Assembly: GCA_964465205.1 (NCBI GenBank) | Contig: CAYXJO010000007.1 | Span: forward strand, 5,228-69,227 | Length of the DNA: 64,000 nucleotides | Direction: 5' to 3' | Source of the DNA: an uncultured Gammaproteobacteria bacterium | GTDB taxonomy: Bacteria > Patescibacteriota > Patescibacteriia > Magasanikbacterales > GWA2-37-8 | Shown: positions 58,634-64,000 of the stretch, in pieces | Numbering within the stretch: position 1 is the stretch's first letter | How the letters are laid out: each line of letters begins with the position of its first letter | Program-made: the position numbers and the translations under genes | The notes under the pieces: generated by a model | What the model saw: only the letters and a program-made list of their open reading frames with translations | Databases searched by the model: none | What the model was told of the DNA's origin: nothing

Positions 58634-60133
58634 TTATTTTTTCTTCCCTGGCAATATGCCTTGCAGCCATTCGTTCACGCGTGATTTTGTCAAATTATTT
58701 TTTATATGCGTTTTGGCAGTATGCGTTTTGGCAATTTTAAGCCAATCAGGGCTAGGGCCTTTGCGATTTTTATCGGAAACTATCTCGACTACATCACCAC
58801 TTTTGAGCGGTGTGTCTAGACTGACTAGTTGATCGTTCACTTTGGCTCCATTACAATGATTGCCGATTTCAGTGTGAATGTGATAAGCAAAGTCAATCGG
58901 TGTAGAATCTTCCGGTAAATCGATAACATCACCCTTGGGAGTGAATACGAAAATATGATTATGAAAAAATTCTACTTTCATCACTTCTAGATCAGAAATA
59001 TTATTGAGTATATCCTTTTGAAGTTCGGCCAATTCTTTGGCCCAGATTACATCTTTGGCCGGTAAGCGCATACCGCGTTCGTCATAATGCCAATGTGCCG
59101 CCACACCGTATTCGGCATCGTCGTGCATGAATTGAGTGCGGATTTGAAATTCCACAATACGACCGCCGTCAGCAAACACAGTAGTGTGCAAGGATTGGTA
59201 GCCGTTGGGTTTTGGTTGGGCGATGTAATCTTTGATCCGACCCTTGAGTGGGTGCCACATCTGATGTATTACACCCAAGGTGGCATAGCAATCGGTGATA
59301 TCTTTTACAATTACGCGCATGGCTACTACATCATAAATTTTGTCTATCTCCCAATTTTTCTTTAACAATTTTTGATAAAGGCTGTATAATTGCTTTTCTC
59401 GTCCGTAGGCCTCAAAAAAATTAATTTTAGCCAAGCGCAGTTCATCTTGTACTTGACTAATGATAATTGGCAAATAATCGGTGTTGGTGGCCAATACTTG
59501 TTCTCGTATTTGTTTGACCCGTTCATATTCTTTGGGGTAAACGTACTTGAACGACAAATCTTCAAGTAATTCCTTGAATTCATTCATGCCCAATCGATTC
59601 GCAATTGGAGCATAAATTTCTAGGCTTTCCAGTGCGATGCGATAACGTTTGTTGGGCGGGTGAGCGTCTAGGGTCATGAGGTTGTGTGAGCGGTCGGCGA
59701 ATTTGATAATCATCACACGTACATCCTCGGCCATAGCCACAAACATTTTGCGTAAGTTTTCTATATATCTTTCTACTCCGCGATATTTTAATACGCTTAA
59801 CTTGGTGATTCCGCGTATCATGGAGGCTACATCGGGACCAAAATTTTTTTCAATTATCTCCAAACTGATTTCAGTGTCTTCGGGCACATCATGTAATAGG
59901 GCCGCGACAATAATATTTATATCGATACGCATTTGCGCCAGAATATGTGCTGTGGCCAGTGGGTGGTTGATATACAATTCACCCGATTTCCTAGTTTGAT
60001 TGCCGTGGGCGCGAGCGGCAAAATCATAAGCCAAACGCACCAAATCAAGGTCTTTTTGGCGACTGTATTTTTTGATTTCAGCAATCAATTCGTCGATGGT
60101 GGTATTTTGTGGATCGACGATGTGGTGAGACAT
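58634..60133 (-). CDS. rel: RelA/SpoT homolog (HD, synthetase and TGS domains; no ACT)
   Basis: RKSGELYINHP, LLHDV, RIKDYIAQPKPNGYQSLHT, EFQIRT, VFTPKG. Confidence 0.95.
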   Translation of the reverse strand: MSHHIVDPQNTTIDELIAEIKKYSRQKDLDLVRLAYDFAARAHGNQTRKSGELYINHPLATAHILAQMRIDINIIVAALLHDVPEDTEISLEIIEKNFGPDVASMIRGITKLSVLKYRGVERYIENLRKMFVAMAEDVRVMIIKFADRSHNLMTLDAHPPNKRYRIALESLEIYAPIANRLGMNEFKELLEDLSFKYVYPKEYERVKQIREQVLATNTDYLPIIISQVQDELRLAKINFFEAYGREKQLYSLYQKLLKKNWEIDKIYDVVAMRVIVKDITDCYATLGVIHQMWHPLKGRIKDYIAQPKPNGYQSLHTTVFADGGRIVEFQIRTQFMHDDAEYGVAAHWHYDERGMRLPAKDVIWAKELAELQKDILNNISDLEVMKVEFFHNHIFVFTPKGDVIDLPEDSTPIDFAYHIHTEIGNHCNGAKVNDQLVSLDTPLKSGDVVEIVSDKNRKGPSPDWLKIAKTHTAKTHIKNNLTKSRVNEWLQGILPGKKK

Positions 60134-60136
60134 AGA

Positions 60137-62389
60137 TTAGGGCTTGTATTGGCACTCTTTATTACCACATTTAATTTTGCCTTTGGTGCCATATTCAACT
60201 AAAGGTGCGCCACAGTCTGGGCATTTTTCGCCGGTGGGCTTACCAGGAAGTATGGTTTTGCAATCTGGATAACGATTGCAGGCGTAGAATGGTCCACGGC
60301 GTGATCTTTTCATGACAATTTCGCCCTGCCCGCAGGTGGGGCACTTAATTCCGGTGGAATTATTTTGCTCTACAATGTTAACAATATTTTTGCATTTGGG
60401 ATAACCGGTACATGCCAAGAATGGTCCGTAGCGGCCAACTTTTACTGCCATATCTGATCCACATTTTTCACATTTTGCTCCAGCATGTTTTTCTTTGAGC
60501 GCTTTAATCTGCTCGCTGTCTGCCTGGCCGTCTTTGTCGCGATCAGTGCCAGGCATGGATTTGATGTTTTTACATTCTGGATATCCAGAGCAAGCGAGAA
60601 ATTTACCGTAACGTCCCATTTTGATAATCATTGGCTTGCCACATTTATCGCAAATCTCATCGGATTTTTCTTCGGTTAAATCTTTTTTGTTTAATTCTTT
60701 GTCTTTGGCCATCAGATTATCTTTGAATGGGTCGTAGAATTCAGCAATCAGTTCCTTCCATTTTTCTTCACCGCGCGCTACTTTATCGAAATTTTCTTCC
60801 ATTTGAGCGGTAAATTCCAGATCCACTATCTGTGGAAAGTGCGCGACTAACAAATCGTTGACCACAAAAGCTATTTCTTTGGGCGCTAAACGTTTTTGTT
60901 CGTTGCGTTCTACATATCCACGTTCTTCGATGGTGGCGATGGTGGGGGCGTATGTAGAAGGTCGGCCAATACCGTATTCTTCTAATGCTTTTACTAAAGT
61001 GGCGTCATTGTAGCGTGCCGGCGGTTCGGTGAAATGTTGTTCTGGCTTGAGCTCTTGGCACTCTATTGCCGTACCGGTTGTGAGTGCTGGTAAAATATTT
61101 TCTTTGGATTTATCTGGATATAGTTTGAGAAAACCGTCAAAAACAATTGTTTGTCCCGTCGCACGGAAGGTATATTTATTTTCGCTTTCGATTTCGATAG
61201 TAGTCGCGTTGATTTCCGCTGGGGCCATTTGAGTGGCCATCGCGCGACGCCAGATAAGATCGTATAGACGTAATTGGTTTTTTTCCAAAAAGGGTGCAAC
61301 GTCGTCGGGAGTACGAGCGGCTTCGGTAGGGCGGATGGCTTCATGGGCTTCTTGTGCGTTTTTGCTTTTGTTTTTATAAGTACGGGGTGCATTGAGGGTG
61401 TATTTATCGCCAAATTCTTTTTTGATGGTATCATTTGCCTCGCCCAAAAATTTATCGGATAAGTTTACCGAATCAGTACGCATGTAGGTGATAAGACCGA
61501 CCGAGCCTTCGGATCCGAGTTCGATACCTTCGTAAAGTTGTTGGGCCAATCGCATCGTTTGTTTAGCCGAAAAGCCGAGGCGATTGTTGGCGTCTTGTTG
61601 TAAATATGAAGTGGTAAACGGGGGTGATGGGAAACGTTTAGTATTTTTGGAATCAACCGCGGCGACTGTATATTTAACTTTGTCTAAATCTGCCAAGATT
61701 TTATCTACCTGTTCTTTGTTTTTTATGTCTAGTTTATCTAATTTTTTACCGGCAATCGTATGTAGTTTGGCGGAAAAATTTTCAATTTTTTTAATTTCAG
61801 AAAAAATGCCTTCAATGCTCCAGTATTCGTCGGATTTAAAATTTTGAATTTCGCGTTCGCGTTCCACAATCAAACGTACTGCTACAGATTGAACCCGGCC
61901 AGCCGATAGTCCTTTGGCAATTTTGCGCCAGAGAAAAGGGGAGAGTTCGTAGCCGACCAAGCGATCCAATATGCGGCGCGCTTGTTGAGCGTCTACTAAT
62001 TTGAGATCCAGTGGTCGTGGGTGTTTGAGTGCTTCATCGATAGCATGTTTGGTGATTTCGTGAAACACAATTCTTTTGACGGTTTGAGGGTCAATGTTTA
62101 AAATATTGGCGAGATGCCAAGAAATAGCCTCACCCTCGCGGTCCTCATCGGTAGCGAATAGTACTTCGTCGGCTTTTTTGGCACTGTCTTTGAGCTCCTT
62201 GGCCACTGCCGCTTTATCGCGACTTACTATGTATTGTGGCTCAAAATCATTCTCGATATCTATACCCATTTTGCTTTTGGGTAGATCGCGCACATGCCCA
62301 AAAGAAGACTTCACTACAAAGCCACGGCCTAGGAATTTGGTGATGGTTTTGGCCTTGGTGGGGGATTCTACGATGACTAGTTTGGACAT
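60137..62389 (-). CDS. topA: DNA topoisomerase I
   Basis: IVESPTKAKTI, DEDREGE, SAGRVQS, ITYMRTDS, zinc ribbons. Confidence 0.98.
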   Translation of the reverse strand: MSKLVIVESPTKAKTITKFLGRGFVVKSSFGHVRDLPKSKMGIDIENDFEPQYIVSRDKAAVAKELKDSAKKADEVLFATDEDREGEAISWHLANILNIDPQTVKRIVFHEITKHAIDEALKHPRPLDLKLVDAQQARRILDRLVGYELSPFLWRKIAKGLSAGRVQSVAVRLIVEREREIQNFKSDEYWSIEGIFSEIKKIENFSAKLHTIAGKKLDKLDIKNKEQVDKILADLDKVKYTVAAVDSKNTKRFPSPPFTTSYLQQDANNRLGFSAKQTMRLAQQLYEGIELGSEGSVGLITYMRTDSVNLSDKFLGEANDTIKKEFGDKYTLNAPRTYKNKSKNAQEAHEAIRPTEAARTPDDVAPFLEKNQLRLYDLIWRRAMATQMAPAEINATTIEIESENKYTFRATGQTIVFDGFLKLYPDKSKENILPALTTGTAIECQELKPEQHFTEPPARYNDATLVKALEEYGIGRPSTYAPTIATIEERGYVERNEQKRLAPKEIAFVVNDLLVAHFPQIVDLEFTAQMEENFDKVARGEEKWKELIAEFYDPFKDNLMAKDKELNKKDLTEEKSDEICDKCGKPMIIKMGRYGKFLACSGYPECKNIKSMPGTDRDKDGQADSEQIKALKEKHAGAKCEKCGSDMAVKVGRYGPFLACTGYPKCKNIVNIVEQNNSTGIKCPTCGQGEIVMKRSRRGPFYACNRYPDCKTILPGKPTGEKCPDCGAPLVEYGTKGKIKCGNKECQYKP

Positions 62390-62451
62390 ACAATATTATA
62401 TATATGCTATTCATACTACCCAAAAGCCGAAGAAAAGTCAATTTTGTTGGT

Positions 62452-63540
62452 TCAAATTACCAAAGTATATCTCATGGCACCAATATTTTGAACTTGTTTT
62501 TTCATTTCCATAATTGTGAGCGTGCTCATTACGGTTGGTCCGGGCAGGCCACTAGTTTTGATTATTTCGTCAATATGGCAAGGTTCGCGCGATAAAGCGG
62601 CCAGGATGACAGCTTCTTGAGGTGTATTGGGTGTGGGTAGGTGGGGTTGGATCAGTTTTTGATTGGCCTGTAGATTGAGAGATTCTAGAATATCTTCTGG
62701 TTTGGTGATAGCTCTGGCGCCCAGTTTGAGTAGATTGTTATTCCCAGTACCGGCTAGACTAGTAATAGGGTGTGGCACAGCCATTACTTCACGGTTATAA
62801 TCCAAAGCTACTTGCGCAGTAATTAGTGCGCCCGATTCTTCTGGAGCTTCTATCACCAATGTGCCAAGTGATAATCCAGCGATGATGCGGTTGCGAGCGG
62901 GGAAAGAATAGCTGGTAGGTTCAAATCCGGGCGGATATTCGGAGATGAGCGCTCCACCGGACGAAATAATTTGTTCTGCAAGCGACCGATGACTGGTTGG
63001 ATACACATTGTCTCGATTGACACCCGAACCAAGTACGCCCAAAGTAATACCATGCCCGGCCAAAGCTGATTCGTGCGCGATACCATCGATACCTAGCGCC
63101 AGGCCGCTTACAATGACTACACCCGAATGAGCTAGAGGTTCAACCAAACGCCTGCAGACCAATCGGCCATAATCGGTAAATTTACGCGTACCTACAACCG
63201 CCAATGTGGGGGTGGTATTGGCTGGCATTTGTCCACGTATAAATAATGTAATTGGTGGATCGTTAATTTCGGCAAGTAATTTGGGATAAGCCGGCTCGCC
63301 CAATGATATGACAGTGATTTTTTCTTTGGCCAAACGTTCAGCGATTTTTTCGGAAGGGTTTTTTTCACGCCATTCGATAAATTCATGTGCGATTTCTGGT
63401 TCGATACCGGCAGCTACTAGATCAGGAAGTTCGGCCTGCTCGATATTTTTTAAATCAGAAAAATAAGCCCGCATTTTTTGCCAGCGGGCACGAGTGATCT
63501 TGGGGAAGTGGGCGATATTGGAAGTAGGGCTTGATGACAT
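62452..63540 (-). CDS. dprA: DNA-protecting protein DprA
   Basis: AVVGTR, VSGLALGID, FPARNRIIAGLS, SGALITA. Confidence 0.96.
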   Translation of the reverse strand: MSSSPTSNIAHFPKITRARWQKMRAYFSDLKNIEQAELPDLVAAGIEPEIAHEFIEWREKNPSEKIAERLAKEKITVISLGEPAYPKLLAEINDPPITLFIRGQMPANTTPTLAVVGTRKFTDYGRLVCRRLVEPLAHSGVVIVSGLALGIDGIAHESALAGHGITLGVLGSGVNRDNVYPTSHRSLAEQIISSGGALISEYPPGFEPTSYSFPARNRIIAGLSLGTLVIEAPEESGALITAQVALDYNREVMAVPHPITSLAGTGNNNLLKLGARAITKPEDILESLNLQANQKLIQPHLPTPNTPQEAVILAALSREPCHIDEIIKTSGLPGPTVMSTLTIMEMKKQVQNIGAMRYTLVI

Positions 63541-63554
63541 TTGGTGGTGAATAA

Positions 63555-64000
63555 TTATTCACGCAGTAATGAATCAGTAATTTTGGTGATTGTTTCATTT
63601 AAAACTTTCATTTCCTCCTGCGAAAACTTGCCCAGCACAAAATCTGCTTTGTCATCGTATTTTTCCATCTCGGGCGTGGCGATACCGATGCGAATGCGAC
63701 GGAAATTTTGCGTGCTTAAGTGTTCGATGATAGATTTAATACCATTGTGTCCGGCAGCACTACGATCAATTTGGTCGCGATATTCACCCAAGGGGATGTC
63801 TTTGTCGTCGTGAATGATAATAGTATTTTCTGGTTTGAGCTTATAAAAATCAACTAGCGTCCGAACCGCCACGCCCGACTCATTCATAAATGTTTGTGGT
63901 TTGGCTAAAATAATTTCAGTATTTTTCGCTGTCTCCGCTTTCATTTTTTTGTCTAATTTGAGCTTTAGGTTTAAGTTTTTGGCCAATTGATCCATGCATA
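63555..64000 (-). CDS. pth: Peptidyl-tRNA hydrolase (5' end outside the window)
   Basis: KPQTFMNESG, HDD, GHNGIKSI, RIRIGI, FVLGKF. Confidence 0.95.
   Translation of the reverse strand, partial: CMDQLAKNLNLKLKLDKKMKAETAKNTEIILAKPQTFMNESGVAVRTLVDFYKLKPENTIIIHDDKDIPLGEYRDQIDRSAAGHNGIKSIIEHLSTQNFRRIRIGIATPEMEKYDDKADFVLGKFSQEEMKVLNETITKITDSLLRE

Noticed and set aside
1-64000. Alternative genetic code (TGA=Gly) as in Gracilibacteria
   Set aside because: Conserved genes translate full-length in the standard code, and dprA ends at a TGA.

Overview
A chromosomal segment of a Patescibacteria (CPR) bacterium, using the standard genetic code. The evidence is no rpmD/L30 between rpsE and rplO, core genes without Shine-Dalgarno (SD) sites, and DUF4012, CARDB and beta-propeller surface proteins. 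L1 is present, so an ABY1/Magasanikbacteria-like lineage is plausible but unproven. The right half is housekeeping: the str, S10 and spc ribosomal clusters, secY, adk, map, ruvX, recO, asnS, tRNA-Leu, parAB, rel, topA, dprA and a partial pth. The left half mixes core genes with accessory genes. Four non-coding features stand out. (1) An integron-type cassette array on the minus strand (about 27.6-31.7 kb) lies back-to-back with the str operon. It has attC sites, an attI-like site, and a Pc-like promoter with a CsoR/RcnR-type palindrome, but there is no integrase in the window. Its first cassette gene is enclosed by long perfect inverted repeats. (2) Five copies of a roughly 100-bp three-way-junction palindromic element have a covarying core and unrelated outer stems. 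(3) A set of single-gene modules shares a promoter, boxA-like site, hairpin and strong SD, unlike the SD-less core genes. (4) An AT-rich pair of divergent phosphopentomutase-like and pyruvate-kinase-like genes. All calls come from reading the sequence and recognising motifs; no database searches were run.
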